Positions 38,901-53,700 of a DNA stretch of 64,000 nt are shown here, piece after piece. Under the pieces are notes generated by a model. That model was not told where the DNA came from. It searched no databases and worked only from the letters and a program-made list of their open reading frames with translations. Every line of letters begins with the position of its first letter. Position 1 is the stretch's first letter. The DNA is from Octopus vulgaris (taxonomy: Eukaryota), in NCBI GenBank assembly GCA_951406725.2, contig OX597839.1:14508001-14572000 (forward strand). Direction: 5' to 3'. The translations under genes and the position numbers were made by a program.

Positions 38901-41900
38901 CTACCATTTCTATTAAACTATCACCTAAATTTATAAGATGAGAAGGGACATATATACTCAACTGGTGTGATCCTAGTACAACTGATAGTTGATTTATATA
39001 GAAAAAAAGAAACCTGCGAGTAAGAGCAACGACAACTTTCTCGGTAGTACACTGGTTGGCGGAGTGGCAACAGCCATGGCCAGTGAGCTACCAAAGCATG
39101 TGTGAGAATATATGGCGGTGTGATCCTAGTACAACTGATAGTTGATTTATTGGTCACTGGAGATATAAAAACCATTGCTGACCCTAGGAAGATTCAAATT
39201 ACAAAAACACAGAGACAAAGCTAAATGCTAAAAGATAAGTTACTTTGGTATCCTCAATCATTTGAGATTAACACATCAATATCCTTGTTCTGATTTTCTG
39301 TACACATGATTATAACATGCTGATGATGGCTGACCAGGGTAATTTTAGCAGGAGAAGTCTGTCAGGTTTTGCTACTAAGTATTATAAGTATCCAACTGAA
39401 ACAGAAGTATAAAAAGAAAAACAGAAACTGGCTCACTGCCAGAACTTTTATCATATGATAATAGATATGTAGCTTGAGTCCTGTCAGAGGTCTTTATCTT
39501 AGATTTCTGTTACAATTGCATTGCCATCAAAAAGGTTTAATATTCTTATAGTACCATTCCCTCCCATCTAGAGAGTTATATATCAATGTCTTTATATTTT
39601 ATTATAATTTAATTCCCATCTAAGATGTTTTATATTGATTTAATCTAATATAATTCTATTAGTAACCTGAGTACTTTAAGGCCTTAACTTTCATTCTCAT
39701 CTGCAGGTTTTATATTAAGATGTTAGCTTTAATCTTGTATTATAATTCCGTTCACGTCTAGGATACTTTATAGGATTATTAAATTAACTTTAGTACTTCA
39801 CAATACTTTATGTTATCAACTCTGAAAGGCTGTGGTGATCTTGGCAGGATTTGAACTCTAGACTCTAAACATTTGTATCACTACTACATTTTGTTGACAC
39901 CTTGTTTCTTGTTTCTTCTGTTTCAAATTGATGTTTACAATATCCAGTATCAACTATATTAAAATGTATTAAATTATTTTTCATTTTTGGATTTGGTTTG
40001 CAAGATTCTTTATGTGAGTTTGTGCGTTGAAGCATATTCTGTTGTGTCTGGGGAGAGTCATTTTCTTTTTGTGCCTTATAAATTAACACACTCACCGGTA
40101 AAATTTCCACTTACTTCTTATTTTTATTTTCCTAAACTTTTCGTTGCATCTTGCAACCTTTTCAATATATATTAAAGCATATTAAATTAAATTAATATAT
40201 ACTAAATTATATTACAATATCCACTATTATTTATATTGAAATCTCAATAACTAATGTGTCATTTTCTCTTGTTTCTTTAACAACAGCAACAATAATAAAT
40301 ATTCTTTGTTTTTATCAAAAAGAAATGAAATAGTTGATATAATTTACCTGGGAAACAACGTTCTCCAACAGTCTCACATTGGTAACCTGCAAAGCCCTGT
40401 GGACAGAAGCAAGCGAAACCATATTCAGAATTCTTTGGAACACATGTTCCACCATTGAAACAAGGTGACGCAGAGCACACATCTGCTTGTCTGATGCCAA
40501 CCACTTGAGTTGCATCACCTCCAAGGTTCAATTCTTGGCCTCCAATTACCACTTGACTCACTCCACCTATGGAATAAAAAAATTAAAATCTTAGAAATTT
40601 TGCCATCACATCTTCATCACCGTTACTTTCTCACCATCTTCCTCTTTTTCAGCCAATCATCGTCGTCGTTGCCACTATCGTCCTCTTCTTCCTCCTCAAC
40701 ATTATAGCCATTATTAGCATTTCATCTTCCGCTTCATCATTTTCATCAATATCTTCCACTCATCACTGTCATTATCATCATCATTATAGCATTATCGTCA
40801 CTTTTTCCAAAGGAGGGAAGGAGAGGGACAGAGGGAATTTTATCAACCCAGAAAGGACAAAATGAAAAGCCAACTCTCGCAGATTCATTTCAGAATTAAC
40901 TAAATACCACAAAGTCTTTTTTCCCCAACCCTTCCCATTTTCATCACTCTTCAGTTATTTTAAGAATACAGGAAAAACAAAATGTATAATGATAATATAA
41001 TGAACTTACCAACAAATCCTCTGTCAAAACCAACTGACTGAGGAATAGTATTGAAGTCAGGTAAACCTCCAAGGTACAAAGGTTGGTTGAGGTCAAGTCC
41101 CTGGAATGGTCCTGGTGCAGTGCCAACAAAAGGTTGGCCATCAATGATAAGTTTACCTAGTGGAGAAAAATATAAAGAAAATCAGAATATATTGTAGAAG
41201 AAATATATCATGGACTCTCTTGTCATGGATGAGAGTTCTGCAATTTCTTTCTGAACAAAATGTACAGATATAATTTGTTTATAGTGATCAAATATATAGT
41301 AGATAGTAATCTGGTTCACTCATTTCACCATATGACCTGTGTTAATCAGAACCAATTTAGCTGGTTTACTGGAAATATATAGTTTCATTCATGCAACAAA
41401 TATTGCCTAATCAATCATGCATGACTACATATTTGAAATTCTGAATAGCAAATTGGAAATATTAGATTTTATTAAGAATTTCCTGCTTACCTTCCTTACG
41501 GTCTCTCTTCAGACGTACAGTGTGCCATTTGTTAAGTTCAAGACTCTGGTTTCCTCGTATGATGGCTGGGCCAGAACCAACATTGAAACGGAATTCTGGA
41601 TAGCGTCCACGCAGACCCAAGCACATGAAGTCTCCATTTTCAGTGGCTTGTCCTTCATACATGATCAATCCTGCCGAAATATGCAAAATAATAAAAATGA
41701 ATCAATTTCACCATTACAACAACACCGATAAGAACAGCGGCAACACTGTCAATCCATCATTATTCCTTGTTAATGTGGTGAACACCATGTGCTAGGAAGT
41801 AAAATGATAAACGTCGCCCTTTTGAAGCCTAGCCAGGCTCATGGGCCTGGTTTCCCGGTTTCTGTGGTGTATGTTTTCCCCCCAGGTTGACAGGACGCCA

Positions 41901-44900
41901 GTCCATCGCAGCGTTACTCAAGAAACAGGAAGAGAGAGTGAGAGAAAGTTGGGGCGAAAGAGTACAACAGGGGTCGCCCCTCCTGCCAGAGCCTCATGGA
42001 GCTTTTAGATATTTTCACTCAATAAACACACACAACGCTCGGTCTGGGAATTGAAACCACGATTGGAGGATCGCGAGTCCACTGCCCTAACCACTGGGCC
42101 ATTACACCTCTACACTAGGAAGTAAGCTTGTACTAAATTTCAAATGCAACCAAGTACTGATTCTTCACTGAATCACCATTCTTCCCATGTGCAGTTAATG
42201 CCATTGGTTAAGGTGTAAATAGTACAATGTCCTATTTTACATACCTAAATATTTGTAGTACATTCTGCCTGAGCAGAGCCACCTGGCATTGCCCAGGAAT
42301 GAAATTTTTCCTTACATATTGGAAGAATAACAATAAAAATAATAATATAAACGAAAATACAAAATTTACCACTTTTATGAAAAGAGATAAATTCTACCAC
42401 ATATGTTGAAAGGAATTATGTAAGAGCTTCTGGGTAAACAGCATTCTTTGTTTTCTGGTTTGGAGCATAGACAAATAAGTCTTGCAAACTACCTACCCTG
42501 GAGCAACCAACAAAGTTGACCATGAGAAAATCAAGCCAGTAGATTTCAAAGACTGACCTTGAGCTGTATTAATAGACATTGCTAAGGAAAGTCACACTGG
42601 GAATTGTGTCTGTTTGAACTCAAAGGGCATGTCTGTTGATTTGATTGGAATTCTTGGAATGAAAACCTCTTCCCCAGAGGCACATTCAGTGATGATGGTA
42701 GTTTCTGTCACATTAGGTGATAATGTCTTCACAATCAACCTTGTCCCATTGCATAATTTAGGAGGACCTCAATTTCTTAGAAGCATTAATGGGACTCCTA
42801 CCTTCAGAAAAAGCTTATGTGGAGGAATTCCAAGTAGCTCAAGAGAATTAATGAACTCTGTTTGGTAATGGACAGCTTGATTTTCATCAAGGACTGAATC
42901 AACTAATTTGTACTTCTTAATGACTGTTGAAATCTTATTCATTAATTCATGGTTAATTCTTGCTTCTGTCCATTTTTTGGATTAAGAATTGCCCTTTCAC
43001 ACAACCATTTATGTGAATTATAATTATTTATATTAGATAAGGGAGGAGATTCAAGAGAATAATGATGAAGTTATGAAACTCAAGTGCTAGTGTATGTAAT
43101 CATATTGCACAAATGCAACACAGTTCATATAAGGGGACTGATTAGCCAGGCTATATAGCAATCTGTAGAAGAGTAGATAACAAACAAATAATCCTTTTGT
43201 CCAGACAAAACCATTAATAAAAAGATAAAAAACATTTTTCTATATTGGCTTACTGGTTATGTTGACCTTTAACACATTGTGTATGAGACATGATTTTCAA
43301 AGTAGATGGGAAACAAAAGACATCACCTTTATAGTGATATGTATTTACAAGTATCAGGTGATGACATAATAAGCATCTTTATGGTTTCTGTCAACCAGCT
43401 TTTACTTACAATGTAAGGGTCAACTTGAGGTAATGGTTGAATACACTTGCCCAATGTGCCATGCAGTAGGATAGAACTTAGATCAATCTAGTTGTGCAAC
43501 AAACTTTTTAAAAGCACAACCACAGTCGTAGGTCTACTAAGCTGATCAAAGCTGTACCTACCAAAAGAAACAACAGCAACAAAAATAAAGGGGAGGTTCC
43601 CCCCCCTCCCAGCAGAAACAACAGCAAGACCAAAACTTACCGTCTGTAACTCTAGGACGGAAAGAAATAATGATGTCAAAGTCCAGATAGGCAGATCTCA
43701 ATGGAGGATATTCAATATAGGATTGTGGTTCTTGGGGGAAATAGGGAACAAGGTCTGGAAAAAAAGAAACAGACAAAAATGTTAAAATTTTTCATATACA
43801 AATACATAAAACTTTTGAGAGGTAATATTTATCTCCACTTAAACGTGGATGTTCTATCAGAACAAACTATACTGTGCTAGTTATGTGAGAAACTCTCATA
43901 TTGGCTTTCTGGTGCAAAATGTACTTATTTATATCGCTAGTGGGGAGATAAATCCCCATAATCACCAGTGCAGAGACTATCAGATCACGTGATTTCAACC
44001 TTTCTTGGTCTTGTCAATGATGAACAACTTACCAAATGGAATTTTCTTCTACTATTGACAAATGAATTGGGCATAATGATAGGTTTTGCTTGAGTGTTTT
44101 ATTGAAATTATTAAAATTTTCATAGGTCTGAAGGAAAGGGCAGGGTTTAATGGTCCTTGCACTGCATGTCCTATTAATTATGGGATTTGTGTAGCATTGT
44201 TTGATCCATATGCCTTTTAAGCTGGAGTTTGGAGGTTGCCAAACAGTAAAGCAGTAATAATAATAATTTCCAAGATGGGATGTGGGAATGATTGGAAAAG
44301 GTTATGAGTGTCTACACCACAGTGAAAAGTATTAACAAAATAAAAAATCTCAAGCAGGATATGAAATTGTTGCTACAAAATGGTATCTGGCACATATTTA
44401 AGTAATAAGATTCCCAATATTAGTGGCACAAGGCTACAAACATTTGTAGTAGAGGGAATATAGCCAAAGCTAAATGAATCAGGGAGGGCTCCTCTATGTT
44501 GTACATCAAACTGTTAGAAATAGCAGTCAAATCTACCTCAACTCACACCTTACCATCTTAAAAAAAGAGGAAAGGGGAGAGGAGGATATATTGGATAATA
44601 TAATCCTAGATGTCAGCCAAAAAAAAATAAAAACGGCATGGTCATGGATGGATTGATTTTGATCGTAAGTCTGCTTCAACAGAGTTGACCTTAGCTAAAC
44701 AACAATAGTAGCAACAATGGAAAGAATGAGCCTTCATGGAATCTACAATAGTAAAAATCTTCATTGAATCACACCCTACCATCTCTAAAAATGGAAGGAC
44801 ATATCAGGTAATCCAAAAAGATGCCATGGTCATGTTTAGAGTCATTGATAAAATGTCTGCTCCATCAGCATTGACCTAGGGCTAAATAACAAAATCAACA

Positions 44901-47900
44901 ATGGAAAGAAGTGTCGCAATCACTTAAAGTGGAGGAAAGTTGTGGAAGAAGGAGATCCAGAAAGACATGGGACGAAGTACTGAAGGCTGATCTCAAAATG
45001 CTGAACTTTACAAAGGAGATGACAGAGGACTGGAATGGGTGGGGCATTGCTGTACTAAAGAAGACTCACCCTTCACAACAGAATGGAAACCCTAAAACGA
45101 AAGTGTTACGTAAAAAGCACTGGTGCCATGTGAAAAGCACCCAGTGCATTCTGTGGAGTGGTTGGCATTAGGAAGGGTATCCAGTCATAGAAAGCAAGCC
45201 AAAACAGACTACGGAACCTGGTGCTACCACTGGCCTTGCCAGTTGCTGTCAATCTGTTCAACCCATACCAGCATGGAAAACAGACATTAAAATGTTGTTG
45301 GTGGTGGTGGTGATGATGATGATGGTGGTGATGATGATGATGGGGATGATGATGGTGATGATGATATGATGATGATGGTGATGGTGGTGGTGGTGGTGAT
45401 GATGAAAGGAAATAAATTCTGTTTGATCTTACCAGAAACTGAAAGAGTCACAGGGTGCCGTGCAGTTTCATATCTATTTGTGGCTGAGCAATAGTATGTT
45501 CCGGCATCTTCTCTCTCTACCTTGGGAATGTAGAGGTTTCCGTCGACAATGCTATGTTCACTGTTACAGAAAGACACAACAGTTAACGAAATAATAATAT
45601 CAATGGAGACATCATGGCAAAGTGAATAGTGAATAAGGCATTGAATTACTGTGAGTTCACAGGTTCTAGGTTCAGTCTTCTGCTACAAGAATTACACTTA
45701 AATAGCACAGTACATATTAGAGGAAATAAACCCAATATTTGAATATATAAATAAATCTGGATAACTCGAATAAGTTTGTATGTTGTAGAGTGACACATGT
45801 TCCAAACTTTAGAGCAAAAGTTCTTTTTCCTACATAAAAAAAAAAATGAAACAAACTTTATGATGCATTTTGTGAACAATCATGCATTTGAAGGAATTTA
45901 TTTCATTGGTGCTTTTACTGCTAATTACTACTGTGCATCTTCTATATTAGAAATCTTTCTTTTCTGCCATCCTGCCTGTGAACTGGCTGCATCTCTTCTG
46001 TACCTGTGGTTTACCTTAGATACATAATATAGGTCTACTCATACATTTTCTCTACACTCAACATCACCACTTAGCAGTTGGCAGTAGTGCTTTTTTTCCC
46101 TTCTCTCTACTCGCTAAGACTTTTTGCTAGGTTTAATAGTAGACATTTTAATTTAAGGTTCTGATTCCAAATTTGAAACTTTTCCTTTAATTCTTCAACT
46201 GATTTGGCATACAGAAACTAATTAACTAATGAAGGGAATCGTTACATTAAATCCCTTACCTTGGCAAATCTCCGTTCTCTTTGGTCCAAGTAATATACGG
46301 TTGTGGATTTCCTTCAGCGTTGCATCCCAGGGTAGTGGGAGTTCCCAGAGGGGCAGAATTACGGCTTGTATCAACATCAATAACAGGTTGAGCTGAAGAA
46401 TTTCAAAATAAACTATAGTTAACAACAGAACAGAAATACTGAAAACAGGAGTATTGAAGTTAAGACTTTCAGCTGAAGATGGTCTACAAGATATTAAATT
46501 TATTTTAAACAGTACTGAATTAATTTTCTAAAATATTAAATCTATTATCTGTATGGCAATATAAACTTTTAAAAGATTTTAGGTTTGAAAAAAATTCAGG
46601 CATCAATCCCCACCACCCACATTTAGAAAAGAGACTGTCTTTAACAACCAGAGGAATATAGTTTCAAATATAGCTGAAATATCCTCTATTCTTCAATCAA
46701 GAACCAACGCACTGGTCTTTGTAAGGAGTCATTTACATATCGTAGATGACTTCTAGAAGACTTTCAGAGAAGAAGAGTATATAAAAGTGTGTGTGTGCAC
46801 ATGTTGGGTTGGTGGGGACTGAAACTTTAATAAATTTCACAATGCTCCTGCCTTTTGCAGCAGTGAGCAGTACTTAACCAAGAGTGTCTGGTTTACAACA
46901 AGGTAGCCAAGTAAATAAAACTGAAGTCTCTTGGCTGTGAACACAGCATAGTGTTGACTAACCCTAAGTGCACTGATTAAATTTTTGCATACTAAAGTGC
47001 AGGTACTGAATTAATTTGTTAGAATTGGCTGGAATCACACACCCAATTTTTTTACACAAATAATAACTAAAAAAAATGCGCATTTGATAAAAAATGAGTC
47101 AAGTCAGTTCCTGTGTCTCAAGTGCACAAGCACAAAACCAAGTGTACTTGGTGAGGGCTAAGGAATACAAAGAGCGAACACTTAGACCAATAGTTCAAAC
47201 ATTATACACCATTAATAGCTCTTGGTCAGGTGCCTTTTAAGGGTGGAGGAATAAAAAGTGAGAGAGAACAAGTGGTTAGAAGCAGACAACTGCAATTTCA
47301 ATAATAGATGAAATTCTGATCAAGCTACATGTATACAAAATGGATGATATTTATATGTAAAATGTATTATAGTAATATGCAAAGGGTATTGCCTGTACAT
47401 GTAAATAGGAATATATAAATACATGCAGTGTGTTACATATTACTGCATGTCTGTTATGTAGGGCAGATCCTGTGTATGTCATTAATGTGTACAATATTTA
47501 CTGATTTCTAAATTCAAAATGTTCTGTATGTACGCTGAAGGAGTTTGTATCTATAATAAGTGCCGGTGGCATGTAAAAAGCACCATCCAATCGTGGCCGT
47601 TTGCCAGCCTCGTCTGGCATCTGTGTCAGTAGCACGTAAAAAGCACCCACTACACTCACGGAGTGGTTGGTGTTAGGAAGGGCATCCAGTCGTAGAAACA
47701 TTGCCAGATCAGACTGGGCCCGGTGCAGCCTTCTGGCTTCCCAGACCCCAGTTGAACCGTCCAACCCATGCTAGCATGGAAAGCGGATGATGATGATGAA
47801 TAAGTAAGGAGTACAACAGCCATAATTACTGAGTGTTGTACTATAGAAGCATGAATCAAGAAAAAGACAAACCTAGAAAAACAGGACAACAAAAAATAAA

Positions 47901-48523
47901 ATAAATAAACAACTGTTATTACTTACATCTGACAAATAAGGAAATCTTAGTTTCAACGACTTCTCCGGCTGTTGTTCTTAAAGTACATTTGTAAGTACCA
48001 GCATCTTCAACTCTGACACTGGGCAGAATGAGTACTCCATTACCATAAATGGCATTGTCAGAGATACGGCCTTCCAATTTGGACCATTGAATTTGTGGAT
48101 TTGGGTCAGCTGAAGAATAACAATAATAATCATAATAATAATGATGATAATAATGATGATGATGGTGATGATGATGATGGTGATGATGATGGTGATGATG
48201 ATTGTGGTGGTGGTGGTGATGGTTAGAGTGATGGTCCTTCCCTTCGATTTCTACATAGGAGGTTTTGAAGGAAAGGATTAAAAATAAAAGAAGTCACATC
48301 TATTTGCGATAGATGTGTAAATGTAATTTGAGTCTGGTTATGGATTTTTCTATGAAGTCACAATGGGGACAATGAGGATTTTACTTGGGATTCGACAAAT
48401 GTGTCAGTTGATTGCAAGATATAATTCTTTTATCGTTCTGTTTTTGTTTTCAACTCAAATTGTTTTGATGAAACATTTCATGTCACTCAGATTGATCTAG
48501 GAAATAACTTTCCCAAAATGTTA

Positions 48524-48569
<46 letters not shown>

Positions 48570-50683
48570 GATAACACTGGGGAACAGGGTTTTTGTTGTC
48601 TGATGTTGGAGACATGTTTCCTACTAATTTGGGGGTGCTGATTTCAAAAATGAAATCCATTTTGCTCTATCACGTCAAGATTTTTCACAAACTGAGATGT
48701 TCATTTTTCAATATTTCTTGTATTGTCACCATTTCTAAGGATAGATTTGACTTCATCAAATGCGAACCCATGTATGGAGCTTGGCGTAACTGTGGAAACA
48801 GTTTTTCAATGTCATTTAAAGTAAATACAACCATGAAAGTGAAAACAAAAGTTAGGATGTAAGTATCTTTAGTAAATAAAAAGTATCAAACTTGAGCAAC
48901 TTTCCGTATCTTCAACCTAACCAGTTTCATAATGATGACAGAAATGTCCTTTATACAAGTTGTATAAGTAAAGTAATACCTAACTGTAATCTGATGCTGA
49001 GGTTTCAAATCTGAGTAGACTTTAAAGAATCATGAACAAATATAACTTACTTGTAGAGACGATGCAGTCAAACTCAACTTTGTCACCAATATCAGCAGTC
49101 TGCACATTTTTGGGAGGTGTTACTGGTGGACGGATAGCTGTGGAAGGAATAAAGAAATATTGTAATGAAGACAAATATAAGCAGAAAAATATTACCTAAC
49201 AAAAACTGCAATTTATTACCACAATATTCACAAACAAAATTCTCTTAATACACACCGTTCTCTTGGTAGAGACACTAGACATTTCTCATTTATATTTTCT
49301 TCATAGTGTGTAAAAAACAAAGAGAAGAAAAAGATTGTTTTTTTTACACTGCAAAGTATTGTAAAAATAGTCTGATGGGAATTCAATATGGACATAGGTA
49401 TGACTGTGTAGTCAAGAAGTTTGTTTTACATAGCCTCAGGTTTCATTCCATTATAGAATAACTTGAGTGTCTTTTACTTTAACTGAAGGCAAACCAAAAC
49501 TTCATGAATGAAATTTCCGAGATGGAAACTGTGTGGAAGCATGTCAGGGGTAGCTATTCCTGTTTTTGGGTGATATACTTAGTCAATTGTCTTTCTGAAC
49601 ATAATCACTTGGGCCTGAGGATGCCTTAAGTGGAGTTGACTCACTTGTAAATATTCAGACCAGTGCTATGATCTAAGCATAACATCCTTCCGTTCACCCA
49701 ACTGCCACAGAAAAAGGACATGAGTGTTGCTCAACTATTATAAGAAAAATGACGGGGAGTCGTGTTAGTATGGAACTTAGGGAGGGACTGGACACAACAT
49801 GGTTGATGAGAAAAGGAGAGATGAGTTAAGTTGAGAGTGCTTTACTTGTATGTGGCATAAGATCAACACACTCAGAGGAGAAGAGGCCATAATAGTAGAG
49901 GGGACAGCATATTTGTAAGTGAAAGGTTAGGGAATATCTGAGAGTAACTTTATTACTCTTTTACTTGTTTCAGTCATTTGACTGTGGCCATGTGAGAGCA
50001 CCACCTTTAGTCGAACAAATCGACCCCAGGACTTATTCTTTGTAAGCCTAGTAATTAGTCTATCTGGGATCTTTTTGCTGAACTGCTAAGTTACGGGGAC
50101 GTAAACACACCAGCATCGGTTGTCAAGTGATGTTGGGGGGACAAACACAGACACACAAATACACACGCACACACACACATATATATGCATATATACGATG
50201 GGCTTCTTTCAGTTTCCGTCTACCAAATCCACTCACAAGGCTTTGGTCGGCCCGAGGCTATAGTAGAAGACACTTGCCCAAGGTGTCACACAGTGGGACT
50301 GAGCCCAGAACTATGTGGTTCATAAGTAATCTACTTACCACACAGTCACTCCTATGCCTATGCTAATGATCTTTCTCTGGATGCAGTTTAGGATCACTAC
50401 ATGTGCAGTAATATCACTGTCCCACATGTGAGAGCAATATTCCATTGTGGGCCTCACCTGAGGTTTTTTTAAGTATCAGTAACTGTTGAGGGTTAAAGTA
50501 TTTTTTGACACTGAAGAGAAGGGTCAGTTTTTAGGATGCAGTCCTAGCTATGTTAAAGATGTGCTTTTGCAAGGGAGCTCCTTGATGATGGTGAGGCTTA
50601 ACATTTGGAATGAATGGGAGGACTTTAGTTGCATACTGCTTGTGTTTAAGACAAGTGAGGTGTAATGAAGTCTTCTTAATGCA

Positions 50684-50737
<54 letters not shown>

Positions 50738-53700
50738 CATACATACACACTTTAACATTTAACTATGAAGACAATAGATCATACATTAAGATCAAGAAAG
50801 AAAAGAATTATGTCATAACTTACAGGCAACACGGAGGTAGATATAACCACGGGATGTATCAACTTCATTCGTAGCGATACACATGTATCGACCTTGGTCT
50901 TCTTCACGGACACCATAAATACTGAAAGGAGACAGAAACAGAGACTTAGCAAGAAAGGCAAAAAGCATGTGTGGCTTAGAGTGAGATAGACATGCTAAAA
51001 CAAGAGAGGGACTACAGGAGATAAATGTATAGATGAGAGAGGAGGAGAGAGAGACAGAGGGAGGGAGAGATGAATGGGAGACAAATTAATGAAAGAGGCC
51101 AATATTAAGTGAAATAAAAGAAAATGATATGCAATATATTTTGTTGTTATAAGTATACTGAACTAGTATATCGTCATCATCATCTGTCTTCCATGCTGGC
51201 ATGGGCTAGATGGTTTGATAGGAGCCAACCAGGTAGAAGACTACCCCAGCCTACCGTGTCTGTTTTGGCAGGTTTTTATGGCCCTTCCTAACACCAACCA
51301 CCTTGCAGAGTGGCTTGGGTGCTTTTTACATTGCATCAACATAGGCAAGGTCACTTTTGGCATGGTTTTTATAGCTGTATGCCCTTCCAAATGCCAACCA
51401 CTTCACAGTGAGGACTGGATGCTTTTTAAATGGGTATATATTTAATACATTACATTCACAACACATACCATATTGTCATATATTATCTGAGACCCCCTTC
51501 AGTCATGACACAGACCATGGGATTGCACCTAGAAAGTTACCCTCCCAGGCACAAGTCCGGGCAAGGTTGTTTATATAAGACCAGCAGTCGCCAATGCATA
51601 CCGGCCTCCTTTCTCCATGCCACCTGTGTTATCCAAGGGAAAGGAAACAGCAGATACTGCTTGGCACCTGTGATGTTGCAACTCATTTCTACAGCTGAGT
51701 GAACTGGAGCAACATGAAATAAAGTGTCTTGCTCAAGAGCACAACACGCAGCCCGGTCCGGGATTCGAACTCACAACCTCATAATCGTAAGCTCGACACT
51801 CTAACCACTGAGCCATGCGCCTTCACTGTCATATATTATACACATCATATATATAACACTGTGACACTAGACTGATACTCCTCCATGCACCACATTGACA
51901 CAATTCATACACACACACACATACACACTAAACTGTTATACATATACACATATATGTACACACACGTCATCATCATCATTTTACTTCTGATTATTGTACT
52001 TCCATGTTCTCAGGACTAGCGGGCAATATTACCTTGCTTAGAAACAGGTGGTGGTAATGAAGAGCATTTAGCTGGAGAAAATCTGCTTCAATGAATGTTG
52101 TGTGACCCATACATGCATGGAAATGTGGTCATTAAAACAAAGAAGATATATATATGTGTGTGTGTGTGTACACACACATAGGTTAACAAGGCTACCAATG
52201 TATTAATGTAAAGAGAAATTTCTCAACAATTATCAAGCCTGCCTCTTGGGAATATCGGTACTTATCTCCATCTTGGATGAGAATACATGAAACTACATAA
52301 GACTGTACAGGATTATGGGATAGATAAATATACAGATCATAGGAGGTAAATTCACAATTGTTGCCCCCTGTGCACAAGCCTTGGTATCTTTGAAATGAAC
52401 TGCGTTCACCATAGATTGATTAATTCAAATCATACACTCACATCATCATCATCATTTAAAGTCCGCTTTCCATGCTAGCATGGGTAGGACGGTTCAACTG
52501 GGGTCTGTGAAGCCAGAAGGCTGCATCAGGCCCAGTCTGATCTGGCAGTGTTTCTACGGCTGGATGCCCTTCCTAACGCCAACCACTCCGTGAGTGTAGT
52601 GGGTGCTTTTTACGTGCCGCCCGCATAGGTGCCAGATGGAGCTGGCAAACGGCCACGGACAGATGGTGCTTTTTACGTGCCACAGGCATGGGGGCCAGGC
52701 GAGGCTGGCAAAGGCCACAATTGGATGGTGCTTTCCACGTGCCACCGGCACGGGGGCCATATACATATATACTACATATATACTACATTCCTAGGAACCA
52801 TTACAAGGTCACTTGCCCAGTTAGAAATAGCAGTCATATTTCTCAGAAATCACATCCTACTACCTTAAAATATAGAGCGGTAACTAGATAATGTAGTCCT
52901 TGATATTTCTAAAATGAGAGGCTGGATAGAAATGGAATGCTTTGAATCATAGCTCTGCTTAATCAGGTTTGACCTGTGGCCTAAAGAACAACAGCAAAGA
53001 AAAAAGCAAAAAGACAACATCAAAACAACACATGAGTCAGGTGTGTCCTGTGTGAATGTAATTTTTCTTTTTTTTTTACTTACGTAAGTTCGCCATTTCT
53101 GATGTAATGTTGAGCTGGCAATGGGCCATCAGTTCTCTCCCAACGGATTGTTGGTGGTGGGTTACCAGTGGCTTGACAGTTCAGTACAACATTGTGGCCT
53201 CGCTGGGCAGTAACTTCTTCATCTGGCAATATGACACTTGGACGAGCTGGAAAAGACAGAAGAATGGAAAGTATTTTACAAATAAAACTTCACTCAATGC
53301 ATTACGTTGGCAGGCAATCTTAATGGGGTGTCACAAAAGCTCCTCTCTAAAATTCATCGAAACTTTACAAAAGCCAATGAGAAACAAAAACACATCAATC
53401 AGAGTTGCAAGAAAAGAAAAACCAGAGTCAACCATAAGTTGCAGACGGGTTAAAAAAATTCAATAAATATTTTTCTTATTGTGTTTATTATAATAAAATA
53501 CAATTTTCTAAAACTTTTTGGCAACTTTTACTCCTCTTTGTATGTCTATCTCTAGATAAAAGCAAAGAAAGCCATAGTGAAATAAAGTTTAAAGCAGCAG
53601 TTAGGAAGCCAGTGCTAGACTTCACCCATGGCAAAAAAATAAACTCTTGGCAGATAACTTCCCCTAACTCTTGAGTATATATTCAGTGTAGCAGCACCAT

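Noticed and set aside
379-43754. Assignment of the LG/EGF exons to agrin, pikachurin or eyes-shut
   Set aside because: They splice in frame to a tandem Ig array, which is diagnostic of perlecan.
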